This document shows, one piece after another, positions 51,732 through 64,000 of a stretch of 64,000 bases of DNA. The DNA comes from Balanoglossus misakiensis. Its lineage: Eukaryota > Animalia > Hemichordata. Under the pieces are notes generated by a model. The model was given only the letters and a program-made list of their open reading frames with translations. It made no database searches and was not told the DNA's origin. How positions within the stretch are numbered: position 1 is the first letter of the stretch; every line of letters begins with the position of its first letter. The stretch lies in assembly GCA_040954595.2 (NCBI GenBank), contig CM082576.2:5182760-5246759 (forward strand), read 5' to 3'. Position numbers and translations under genes: made by a program.

Positions 51732-53892
51732 ATGGCGGAGGTTCTTCTAGCGTCGCGAGTTCTGAGCTCAGTGCAAACCTTCCTTCGAGAGGTGGGGGAT
51801 AATATGTCTTGTATGCGTCAATGTTTAGAAAATGAGACAAGAAAACATTCTGTTTTTCTTTTGCAAAGTGATTCCACGTTCGTGTTTTCATTGTGCCGAC
51901 GTGCCTATGTGGAGGGACTGACGTGCCGTATGCACATGGCGAACAAGCGTGTGCTGTGGTCATAGACCCGACCCCGTGTACCCGTAAAGATATAATTATA
52001 TGTTTTTATATAACACTCATTTTATGCAGTGTATGATTCTCACACCTTTACCCAACAGTCTCATTTGGACAGAATCAGCACTTTGTCAGTCAATCAGGAG
52101 CAAGTGAAGACATCTGTATCCGCTTTAACATCATTGAGTAGTCTGTGTGTGCAAGTGGATAGTTTAGTAACAAATCTACAGGTGAGTGAAACTGAAAGAC
52201 TCAGAGATTTCCAGCAAACAAACTGGCCAGCAAACAAGCTGGGCAACCATTCAGCCAACTAATACAGAATATGGCAATACACATGTGCGATGTGATACAG
52301 CGGCTGTAAACAAAAGCACAAGTCAGTGAGTCTCTCATATCGCCAGCCAGAACATGTATAATACATAATGAAGGTTCCTACTGCTATTGAGAATAGGATT
52401 CAAATATGTTCTTTCTTTTCCCCAGCAAATATTAGTTGAAACAAGACAGAAGCAGATCAAGGTTGAAGAGAATCATGTGGATGGGGAGAGTAATGATGTT
52501 AAACCCGATGTGTCCAAAATGGATCTGTCTTTGGTGCAAATCAATGCCAGCAAAAGTGAAGTGAGTTGTTAAGTGTAACTTATTGTTAATGGTTATAATC
52601 TGTATGTGGTCCTGATACAGATTTTGTGTTTGGAAGTCGTGTGGCAGACAGAAGCACCTGGCCTTTGGGAAGTATGCACTGGTGTATGACCAGCGCCCAC
52701 AAAACCTTCATCAGGGCTGTAGGAGTTTCATCATATATACTTTGCCTTGCAATGACAGAGTACTGTAATTATGTGATGACAGCCATGGACTAAGGCAGTG
52801 ATTATCATTAATGGTGGGTTTTGTGACTCATTCACAGATTGAAAGAAGGATTGCTGCATTCATGGAAAGAAAACAAGTGGAAGTGAACGACAACAACAGG
52901 AGGGAATTCTGTGGCATTATTGATTTGACCGAAGAAGAAGACAGCTGTGCGAGAACTGATGCAGTCTTCAAAGCAAGAAGTGGAAGTAAAAGTCATGTCA
53001 AGGGTGAGTACATGTTGAGTTTAACATTTGAAACAAGAAATGTGTGCACTGGAGACGCCACGTTTGAACTTCAAATAAGTTCAAAAGGTGAGTGCATGTT
53101 TCAATATCCAGCTGGTCAGTAATTTATTCCTGGGTCATTTTCTTTTTACAGTATCTAAAGTTGTCAATCCATACGGACCACAGACTAGGACACCTATTTC
53201 ATCAGCAGCCAACAGACCCAGACCAATGCCCACTACGTCTGGTTCTAGCAGTACCACAACAAGCCAAGTTCCATCTGGAATTGATGAAAGATTAGGCAAT
53301 ATGGAGAAACATCTCAAACTTGGAGTGGGTACGTATCCAATTGATGAAAGATTATCAGTATTTTGATTCTTCTCCTGCAGTTACTGTATATGATGCAAGC
53401 TTCATCATGTCAATTGTCTAATCATGATAATTAAGTTGCTCAACGTTCAACTCTAGTAGTGTTAAACGTTCATTTTTTAGGTCAGCCTGTCTCAAAAGAT
53501 GTCTACAGCAGAATTAAACGACTGGAAGACAGGGTGCTACAGTTGGAAGGAATTTCTCCAGAGTACTTCAATGCCATTGTAAGTACATGTACACATACCT
53601 CACTCACTATTACTTCAAAGAATAGTAGGTCTTGCCCAGCAAAGAAATCATGCCATTATGAAAATCACAAGTTACACCGAATATTTCAGCAAATCCTAGT
53701 CAGTTGTTGATGGTGTGGATGTCTGTTTCACATCTTCAGCCCTCAGTGTACAAGAGACCGAGAAGCGACAGCGCAGGTTCCAGAGAAATGAGCATTAAAG
53801 AGATCGATCAGAGAATGAAAGAGCTGAAGGAATCCCTGCTGAGGAAAAAACAAGGCATGGAGACTGACAAGGCAGCACATGACGTGACTTGA
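51732..53892 (+). CDS. MBIP: MAP3K12-binding inhibitory protein 1 (ATAC complex subunit), ~7 exons
   Basis: Motifs LVQINASKSE-IERRIAAFMERKQVEVNDNNRREFC, SCARTDAVF..RSGSKSHVK, VVNPYGPQT, GIDERLGNMEKHL, DVYSRIKRLEDRVLQLEGISPEYF, EIDQRMKELKESL. Start uncertain (in-frame ATGs at 51672, 51726, 51732). Confidence 0.92.
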
Positions 53893-54322
53893 TGGCACAT
53901 GGCTGTTTATGACATACTACTATTACTACATGTAAATGGCCACCAAAGTCCAAGTCGAACTCGTTCTGTCCCCTGGACAACAATGCATGTTTGCATCACT
54001 GACAGTGAGATTCTATCGGAGATGATCATAGAAGTTGCAGGGTTCTATATAATAACAGTCTTGACAAAATATATGCTATAGTGTAATGGACCGATTTATT
54101 GATCTGTGATCTTTTCCATTCATTCTTTAAATTATTATTTCTGTTATATTAAAGACCATTTTGTCAAATTTTAGGAATGTATCATTCCACAATCAGTACA
54201 ATAAATTAAAAAGCTTCAAGGCAAGATTAACAAGCATTTACATTTTACAATAGATCAAATGCACATATCATTGGCAAATTTTGCATACAAAATCTTGGGG
54301 TGATAATGTACAGTTCAGGAGT

Positions 54323-57300
54323 TTAATCGTAAAAATCAAAATCATCTTTGTCTTCATCAGGATCAACTTTTTTCTGCGTGCCACTTCCTGCCATGGGCAC
54401 CAATATGGAGTCAGAGTCATCCAGGTCAGATCCATCCCAGAATGCCGCTGATCTCTTGGCAGCCGACTCACTCCTTGACTGGTTTCTGTCATCAAAACAG
54501 GGGAGAAAACGAGAGATTTAGAAAGAACGCATTAAGTGAATAGTATGATGGTATCTGCTGGCATTTGTCAGGACAACTCTGAGCGCTAACAGCAAGCAGA
54601 CGCGATGAGGTAGGCTGTGTGTGTTGTTAATTCATGAATGAGTACAAGTCTTAAACATTTTTGGGTTTAACTGTCCTGTGCACCATACTGGTTACATTTC
54701 AAAAGCTACAGTGTACATTTGACCACAAGAACATGACATCTCATCCTAAAGCAAATTTGAAAACCACTGAAAGGCATTTTTGGTTGAGAACTATAAAATC
54801 CATGTAAATGCACAGAAAAGGATCTTACCCAGATTCCACTGCAGTGGGCACATATGCTGGAGATCGTGGTGTAGCAGATGGGGTGCTTATCAAGGAGTTT
54901 TCGTCCGGCGATGCGACGTTCGCCGATCTCCACGATGTTGACAATTTACTTTCTATGTTCTTTTCGTCTTCATCATCACTGCCATAGGATAGGCCGAGTG
55001 ATGACAACAGGTTGCCTCTTTTCCTGTAAATTACATAAAACAAGTCATAGTACACGTAACACAGTCTAAAATATTTCTGAGCACATCGAAGAACATTCTT
55101 TACACATCAGTAAGTTTATAAATTGATTTTGATGAGTGATAATTTGTAATGCTCTTGAGCAGAGATTCATATGTGACTCAGACTGATGGATTTATCTACA
55201 TACTTTGTTTGAGATGATGTGGGAGTTGTTGGGGTTAATCTGGCTGCTTTCTCAATGTCATCTTCGTCATCCTCTGTCTTCTCCAAAGCAGACACTTCGT
55301 CATCATCTGAATCATCAGCACCCTTAGACAACTGTGCACTGCCGATCATTTTCTGATAGGCAGGTGTTTCTGCAAGGACAAAAATGTGGATAGTTTCAAG
55401 TGAAACAGGAACATACCCACCCGGTATATAAACTGCAGTGTACACAAGTTCATGATTTGCACACTTACCAGTGAGTTTCACATTATCAAAGAAGCTGTCC
55501 TCGTCGGGCTCATCATCAATGTCAATATCAGGAACTAGAGAAAAGAAATCATATGAAAATTTTACGCTGGTGAGATGATGACACTGCCCTACCAATCTGA
55601 TGACAATCAAATTCACATTCATTATTGGTACGTACCTTTGGCTGGCTGTTGAGACATCTTTCCTCCAGTGCTACTAGACTCAACCTTGACTGGCTTCTCA
55701 CCAGGTGAACCCATTGGAGAAGATGCTAATGTGGAAGATGATTCACTCTGTTCTTCTCTACTATCCAGGGTAGCCTGCAGTACAGCCACTGCCTAGCAAT
55801 ATAACAGATTCACTGTCAACTAAGAATGTCGGCACAGGGTGAATTTGCTCTTCACACTTGAGTCTGTAATTTCCCATACCCTTTTCAACAACTGAATTTT
55901 TCTACATGTACAAACCCTGATGGGGGCCCACAAATCAGCTAAATTCAGTAAAAAAACACTGCACAGCATATTAATAAGTCAGCTTACTTTACTCTGCAGA
56001 CTTGAGTCCTCACTGATCAGCAATGGTGCAAACTTCTGGGCGACTTCTCTGGCCTGCATCACATGATATTTGACCAGATTGGCAAAGTGCTGGACTAGCT
56101 TCTCCCAGAAACCCACGGATGAGGAGAACATGTAGGATCTGTGAATACAACAGCCTTTTTTTTTTTAAAATTCCTCCATTTACAGAATTTTGGTTGAACT
56201 CTACTGCTGCAGTGAACACATTTAGCAGCCATATCTATTGAATCAACATTTGGTGAAAACAGCCATTATTACCACAATTCTTGTTTTGTTGTTGTTTGTG
56301 ATGTTTACTCACCCAGCATTATCAGCTGTAATTGTTATTACTTTGTTCAGCATTTTATCTGGGATGAGGCAACCAGTAGGCATGTCTCTGACCAACAGCG
56401 GCAATTCATGTAACACTATCATGCTGACAGCCACAGGGTCCAGGTGGCCAAGGCTTTGACCTTCATTCGCAGACCTACAATGTAACACACAGACGGTCAG
56501 AAAGTAGGTCAGTATAAAATGAGCTAAAATATAAGATGACCAACATTTATATACCCATAACTTAACTTTGCTGGGAAGGGAAATCTTTTGGTAAATTACA
56601 AGTTATGGTACTTTAAAAATTTGCCTTTGACAAAGAAAAGTGCAAATTCAAAGTGCTTTATTTTGTTTTATTTACCTGATGATTTCAGCTCTGATTGATG
56701 GCGAACACTCCCTGGATCTGTACATCCTCTCAGGGCCCAGAGAGACAGGCAGATCATCATCGATGGCCTTCACCATTGTCCAGAAACCAGTGGTAGTCAC
56801 TGATGGCCCTGTTGTCTCACTGGCTACACTGCTAAAGTGCAAAAAAAAAGAAAAATCCATGAAGGTTAGCAAATTTTGAAATCAAGAATACAATCTTTTC
56901 ATACAGGAGGATTTGAGAACAGTTTTGTGGATATAAATACCTCTTTGAATGATCTCTAGTGAGAGGCACCCTGGATTCCACTCTTGGCGACGGCTGTTTG
57001 GTGGAAGGCTGCTGTGGTGATGACTGTTCTTGCTGTCTCGGCCGGTCTTCATCCAAACTGATGTCACTGGCATCACTGCCACTGTCTGCTCTGACCCTCC
57101 TAGGTGATGCCACTGGTTTCTTCTTCTCTTCTATGTGAACCTGTATGCCCTCTTTGTGGTCCGTTCCGTGGAGCTGCGAACTTATGTCAAAATCTGCCAC
57201 AGCAAGAAAGGTGGAGACTTATTAATCATTCTCTTTTGTTATATTATTTAATGCACCTGCCTGTGTGTTTGGTCTTTACATCTCTGATAATGTCACTGTG

Positions 57301-59680
57301 GCAGTGTTTTTCCCTGAAGAAGTTAATTTTTAATCTCTTGTCCCTTGACTAATTTCCTTACAACCGGTGGGACTCTTTCAGGTAAGCTAAGAAACCAGAA
57401 AAAACACTCCAATATGAAATGGAGCTGTTCCTTAATGTAAACTGACTTCCTATCACAAACACTGTACCTGACAAGTCATCCGACAGAAAGCTTAAGATGC
57501 TTTCCTCCTGGACACCATATTCCTTGTCTTTCCTTGGCGACGGTGTTTGTCTCTGTGCCGCTGCCACCAGTTCTGCCTCTCTCAGCTCTTTTTCCGACGG
57601 CTTTGTGTCGTCTTCTTCTTCTTCACTTTCTGACATCACCAGATGCCTGCGGGGTTGATCTGGAGGCGAACTGCCAGAGTCGGAAAATCTCGGGCTGCGT
57701 TTGGTCGGCGTGGGAGTCGGTCTGTCTTGGTGGCTGGACGCACCCCTTGGAGATGTCCTGGGGCTGCGTTTTGCTGGCGCGGGGCCTCTACTGTCCACAT
57801 AGCTGCTCTCTCTGGCCGGCTTCTGATCTTGAGGAAATCCACCCCTCCCAGAGGGGTCTGTTTCCCGCGCGTACCTCGCTGGCTGCACGCTGCTTAGCGC
57901 CGGCAGTCCCTCGTCTGTTCTCTGCGACGCGTCTGCCAGCGAGTTATCCGCACTTGCCTCCGTAATAGGCTGTAGTTTGTCTGGCTGCAGGGGTTGCCCG
58001 TACTTCCCCTGCGCGGGAACATTAATCCCGGACTGAGCCACTGGGCGTGGCGGAGTCAGCGGAGAGCCTCCAGGTTCCTGGCCCGCGTACCCAGATGGTC
58101 CCGGTTGAGTTACTGGAATGGAAAAGGGCCCCGTGGAATCAGGGTAGAGCCTCTGAGCGGGGAATGTGCCGGGAGTACCAGTACTTCCTTGTTGGACCTT
58201 TGGAAAATAAAAATATGTTTCTTAGTACATGTCCATGTGCCTATCAACAGTTTTGGATTTAAATCAAAGCAATGGCAGAAAAAGGCAATACAGATTGTCA
58301 TAACATGTAGTTCATTACTCTTACCTGACTAAGAAGATACTTTTGTTCAAGCTGTTCTCGCCATTTGGGATACATTCTTTCCACTTGTTCTTCATACTGA
58401 TTCTAGTACAAGGGAGACACACAAATAAGCAAGAAAATGTATCTAGCAGCCATATATACCTACATGTATCAATCATGTAATATGGACAATAACAATTGAA
58501 TTACTTACTTTTACTGTCTTTAGTCTCTCTGTTTTATTGGACATAGCAGTCACATAAGACTCCAGTCTGCTGAAATCTCGCAGCAAGTTCTCATTCCTTA
58601 CTCTAGCTTTTCTTTCATCATCGCAGACTTTCTTCCAATAACTTTGTAATTTTGCTGCTTTTAGCTTTGATCTATTGCAAGAAAACATTAACAGGTAATA
58701 ATTTAGTGTTTTTGGTAAAAGTAACATTGTATGTAAAGTGGAGGGTATATTATGTTGTTTTATTTTTTATTTTGGAAATGCACAGCTTTCTCAAAATGTG
58801 GATGTACATGTAATATTTGGGGAAGGTACAGGAAAAGCGATGTGGTAAACCAACCTGTTAGTAATCAACAAAATAGTGAATGCAGTGAAAGCTGTTGGTA
58901 CTGGAACATTGGAACGATGGGAGTGAATACTTACAGCCTGTCACCTGATTGAAGATACGAGTTCAACTGCTGCTCAAGAAGATGTCTTTGTCGTTCTCTG
59001 TGGAATACAAGAAAGATTTCATTGGCTCTGGACTTGCTGCGAGTTCGTACATGTATCCCTACCACTTCCCTGTCTGGTAGGTTGTTTGGAAGTGGTAAGG
59101 TAGAGGGACTATGGCTAGGGCTACGAACTCGCAGCAAGGTATGGAAGTACATTGTAGTCTGCTTCCATCACGACCAGGCAATGGAAGCACATGCAGTCAG
59201 TGATGATCTAACTGCAAGTTCAATCAGCTGCAGCCTGATATAGCAAGTAGAAACCAGGTTACGCATTTACTGTACTGTTTGTGATTTATTGTGGCACATG
59301 AATTTCAGTGATCATGTGTTCAAAATTGGTGGTAAGGTGTTGATTCAACTCCATGATTACATTTCGCATAAGACCTTCACTGGTCATTTCGAGCGAACAA
59401 TGTACACGGCTAAGATTTGGCGCATTTGGTCGTCTGCCAAGTTTGTTGTGCATATTTGAAAATCGCGGTTGCCAAGTGTAAACAACTTTCAGGGTAGGTT
59501 TTATGTTACTGCACATCTGAACATTTCACAGCAAAATCAAAAGTTTGGACTGCCTTTCCACAGTTTAGACGCTATGGTACATTCTCGAAAAAAATCTTGG
59601 GGTAGCTCTTACCTCTCATACTGAATCTCCTGCAATTTCTGCATACGATCATAGTGATCGACACTGGAACTGGACGCCAT
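54323..59680 (-). CDS. KIZ: Kizuna centrosomal protein (PLK1S1), multi-exon
   Basis: Spliced N-terminus MASSSSVDHYDRMQKLQEIQYERERQRHLLEQQLNSYLQSGDRL-SKLKAAKLQSYWKKVCDDERKARVRNENLLRDF matches my recollection of the kizuna N-terminal coiled coil; long S/P/D-rich middle; C-terminus DDFDFYD*. Confidence 0.82.
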
Positions 59681-61718
59681 TTTACGAGCTCGAATGTAAA
59701 GTTGGCATCAGAATCAGAATGAGAAGATTCAGAATTTGAAAAGCCAAAGGTCATTGAGGGCGCCCTCTTGAGAGGCAAAATTCGAGTCTGACGCCGCGCC
59801 ACCAGCGTCAGATTTACAAAGATTGTAATGACACTTCTGTCCAGAAATTGTTTATTCAAAGGGTGATTGTCAGTCCTTTCGATCAGTTTTGTAAGATTTA
59901 TTGATATGGTTTAATATCTTGCTTATAATTTACAACTCTACATCGCAGTCCCTCCAACCAGACTGGAGGAGCGGTAGCCGAGATCCTTGACCTGTAGGCC
60001 TAGGCCTTTAGAACAGTAAATGTCTGAGATTTTATCTTTACTAGCCTAAAGGCGACGGTAAATGTCGGTCACATCGCAGGTTCAGACTAAGGTTAGGCCT
60101 AGAGGACGAAGGTTTCAATAAAAAGTGGTGGCCAGCCCGCGAGCCGCTTTAATATCGGCTTATCATTGCATTATCCTGGTTGAAACTTCACAATCATATA
60201 TTCGCAATTTTTCCAAGTCTCCGAAAGCAACAATTGTCACTCTTCATTTTGTATATTTAAGGAAATTCTTTCCCAGCGATCATTGATGCGCATCCGATCT
60301 TAAAGAGCACACGGAAAGATCTATTGGTAGGCCTATATATACAGACACCCCAAAGGGGTCGCGCCTGCAGTGTTTCATAGATGCCCCGTTCTTCAGTGGA
60401 AATCCCTTCTGTGTGAACGACGTCGAATGACCCGGGCGGTGTACTTTGACAGAGACAGCAATATTGATCGGTGTGTCAAATGGTCGGGCATTGCCCTGCT
60501 TTTTACTCTTACATTAAAATGACTTGACATGATTTCTGCCACACTCTCACGTAGGCAAGAATTGAAGTCCTTTGACCCTTGGCAAAGGTTTCGTGCACGG
60601 GTGCCAGTATGGAGCTGAGCTGGGTGTGTCGTAGTGCAGTTTTCTGTGGGTCTAAGTTTCAAATCTTGAGGTTGGGATCCTGCTATCGGCGTTATACACT
60701 TCCTCTGGTTAGATCAAGAACACAGTGATATACTTTTAAAGAAAAATCATGAGAATAACGCAGAACATGGAGCCCTGAGTTCACTAGGTTTTATTACTCA
60801 CATTTCTCTGGTTCAAATACTGTTATGGACCAAATAGCCTCGGGTACAGTTCGAATAAACTTCGTCTGCGGCTGAGAAGTAACGTCGGAACCATAATACT
60901 TTGTAAATGAAGACGAGAACTCAACATATGATATGTAAAATATAATTCAGAGTTTATTCTGGATTTCAGGAATAATATGCAGCACCTTGCATAACTTTAG
61001 AAAATTGTGTTCATATGACTGCAAAGTGTATCATGGAACAATGACTTTCGACAGTCACGTGTGTACAGTAACGTGTTTCGTATCACAAAGGTAAGTGTTT
61101 ACACAAAGGGGAGGTTTTCTGCCTTTAATTTACCACTGCGTGTGTTTTGACAAGTTTATAATATTTTTCATTTTTTATCGATCTCATCGATAAGGTCACT
61201 GAAATCGTGTTCATAATTTACGAGTGTTCTCATACGTTCTGCATGGTTTGGGTTGCATAGATGCTTGACCCATATAAAATCTAACATTTCATAAGTGCAC
61301 GAAGGTTGTTATAAATAATGATGACCGCTTATATAATTAACATATATTATCCCAATGGTGTAGTCCAAAACTGAAAATTTTATTGATATAAAAGAGAGAT
61401 CCTGCCCAGGGTTTCAAGTATCGGAAAAAGGAACACAATGATTGAATTCTACGGTACTACCAGAGCAATCAACAACAACCCTTGAACACATGTTGAACAT
61501 TCTCATACCAGTGACCCGACGCTAAATTATCATTAAGTTGTTGCCAATGTGTACAGAGAATCCTCGATCATATTTCTCATTGATTTATCATCGTACGACG
61601 TTGCATGCAAATAGTGGCTTCGCATTCCACAAGAAGTTAGATTCACTGTAGATTTGACCACAAGCGGTGCGGCCCACGAGGGAAGAGCAGCACATTCCAA
61701 CCTAAAGAGGCAGCAGCG

Positions 61719-63754
61719 ATGGTTGCAGTCAAGGGACAGGATGAAGACGGAACAACAGGTGAGTGGGTTGCTTGCATAAATAACATAGTCTTCATTGTGT
61801 TGTTTTACTGACGGTTTTGTGACACTATCCATTACTAATAGTCACAAGAACAACAATCCTAAACTCTTACAGACAGAGAGGCATGGTAATTGTTTTCTAA
61901 ATGTGTTTCATTACCCGTACACACGATCTGAAATACGAACCCACCATCAAGGTGAAAACGCTAGAAACGTTGAAATATGCATATTCCTCGGCGGAGACAC
62001 ATCACTTCGTTCTCGTATCAAAGTTACAAAAAACTGCCACAAGAAAAGTATATTTCGCGTCTAAAAAGTTTCATGCAATGCATTAAAATGAAAACACCGT
62101 TCCCAACAGCCGCCAACGGCAAAAGTGTGGAAATGAAGACAAGAAAAGAAACCGAAGGAGGAAACAAGAAGTTCTGGATGTTCAACGATGTCCGCGTCTT
62201 TACAGCCGTGCTTTTCACCATCTTAGTGGTGTACACCAGCGTCTACTCGTTTACAGTTGCAATTCTAGTGACGCTAGAAAGAAGATATGGGTAAGGGAGA
62301 GTTTAGTTAACATTCATACGGTTTTGGTCAAACAACCAAGGCGTAGCACCGCCTCGAATTTCGGGTGACCTGGCTCTCATAAATTTATAGTGTCTACTTT
62401 GGTTTGATCCCGTGTTATCAAATGTGGTCCAGGGACTGTTGTTATTGAACGCCCCACTTTTGGACACACTATGCCAGTGTACGACTAATGACTTTTGAAC
62501 TAAGTTGACGTCGATATACACTTGATATTTATTTTTTCATATCTGAGCGTAGCTGTAGTATGTTTGAATTGTAATTGGCACAGGTATTGTCATACCAGGT
62601 GTATGTAGGTCATCATGGACCATATTTTTTTTAATTTCTAGCCTTCTAGCATTCTTCATTATAATTATAACCATCTTTGCAGACTCACCGCCAAACAGCA
62701 GAGTTACATATCAACCGCAAACGGTGTGGCAACAATGTGCACCATTCCCTTCGTTTCTCATTTCCTCGGAAATCCCACCAATCATCGTCCGCGCTGGCTC
62801 GGCTTGGGCACCATTCTGATTGGTGCGTCGTATTTGGTTGGCAGTCTGCCGCACTTCCTGTCTGCTCCGTACGCCTATGACAGAGCCGGTAATATTTCGT
62901 CACGGGGCCCCGGGGGATCCGGTCTGTGCGGAGCGAGTCCAACCTCGGGCGGAGCCGAAGACTGCGATGTCAGACAGGTTGTGATGTCGGAAGATAACGA
63001 AATGGCTTACAATGTGTTCTTCATCAGTCACATCTGCACCGGAATCGGGTATGGATTCATTGCCACACTGGCATTTTCCTATATTGATGATTTCGCTGGT
63101 CAGAGATCTTCGGTTTATTTAGGTGAGTAAAGTTTAGTCAAGATAGATAGATAGACATGATGATGGGTTGATGGTTGTATGTATTGGATGGACGGAAGGA
63201 GGGAGGGAGGGAGGGAGGGAGGGAGGGAGGGAGGGACGGACAGACAGACAGATCGAATGGTATTTGATCTGTTTTCTGTCAGGTTGTCTAGTATCAGGTT
63301 ATCTTTCGTGTAGCTCGATTCTTGATCCTCAGTGACTTTTAACTTGCACACATACTAAATCATTAAATTTATTCCCCGTTTTCGTTAACTCCATCAGGTA
63401 TGTTAGACGGAACCTGGGGTATTGGTTTACCTGTTGGATTCGCTGCCCTAAGCATGGCCAGTCTCACCATCTACGTCGATTTCAACCGTGTCGACATGGC
63501 CGACATAAATATCGACGAATCCGATCCCCGATGGATCGGGGCGTGGTGGGTTGTCGGAATGGTAGGAGGACCGATAATCATTTTGTTGTCCGTTCCTCTG
63601 TTTTTCTTTCCAAAGAGGCTATCCATTGAACAGATTGAGAAGCGAGAAGATGAAACAAATACTGGTGGTGATGATGATGATGATGGTGATGATGATAATG
63701 CAGAGATCAAGCAAGTGTATTCAAAGAGAAAAATGATCCTTTACAGTGTAAAAG
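61719..63754 (+). CDS. Solute carrier organic anion transporter (SLCO/OATP family), continues beyond the window
   Basis: Exons 61719-61758, 62110-62290, 62683-63122, 63398-63754; motifs LVTLERRYGL, FVSHFLG..NHRPRWLGLG, LPHFL, SYIDD, IYVDF, DPRWIGAWW, LFFFPKRL. Confidence 0.9.
63186..63251. repeat. Compound tetranucleotide microsatellite, mainly (GGGA)n flanked by GGAY/GACA units
   Basis: Directly visible in an SLCO intron. Confidence 0.9.
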
Positions 63755-63801
63755 GTGAGTGAGTGAGTGAGTGAGTGAGTGAGTGTGCGTGCGTGCGTGT
63801 G
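63755..63801. repeat. (GTGA)n then (GCGT)n microsatellite starting at the splice donor
   Basis: gtgagtgagtgagt... immediately after the exon end at 63754. Confidence 0.9.
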
Positions 63802-64000
63802 TTTGAGGGAGATTTTAAAAAAAACACCAAAATATTTCTCGGTATGCTTTCGACAACTGCTAGCTGGGTTTGTTCACCATTTTTACTTTTGATGTCATCA
63901 TGAAGGCTTAGACTAAGGGTATGCCATCCAAAATGTTCAGAGAGTGATGACGAATATGTAGTAATATTCCATGTCATTATAGAAAGATCTCTTTTACAAT

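Noticed and set aside
57534-58332. Several overlapping plus-strand ORFs
   Set aside because: Antisense to a GC-rich KIZ exon that is poor in stop codons.
1-64000. CRISPR array, tRNA/rRNA genes, intact transposase or reverse transcriptase, prokaryotic defence system
   Set aside because: Intron-rich eukaryotic DNA; no periodic repeat-spacer array, cloverleaf or long intronless mobile-element ORF seen by eye.

Overview
Gene-dense eukaryotic window (AT-rich, short GT-AG introns, most like a marine invertebrate deuterostome; the species cannot be fixed from sequence). I reconstruct ten spliced genes: (+) a lipid-anchored ARM-TIR-SAM protein; (-) DRC7; (+) TTC27; (-) MAD2L1BP/p31comet; (-) GNPAT ending in PTS1 -AKL; (+) a ~28-exon secreted TPR/S9-like serine hydrolase; (-) a two-exon orphan acidic protein with MARCKS/GAP43-like design; (+) MBIP; (-) KIZ; (+) a 3'-truncated SLCO/OATP transporter. 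Orientation mostly alternates, giving four head-to-head pairs and tight tail-to-tail ends. Most interesting: (1) the ARM-TIR-SAM gene has SARM1's domain set in permuted order, keeps the catalytic-position Glu but has an altered betaB/BB-loop; (2) MBIP and KIZ are adjacent, and their human orthologues flank the paralogous NKX2-1 and NKX2-4 clusters; (3) the MARCKS-like orphan; (4) a palindromic two-way poly(A) site. Exon boundaries were read by eye and internal ones may be a few nt off. No tRNA, rRNA, CRISPR array or intact transposon ORF was seen.
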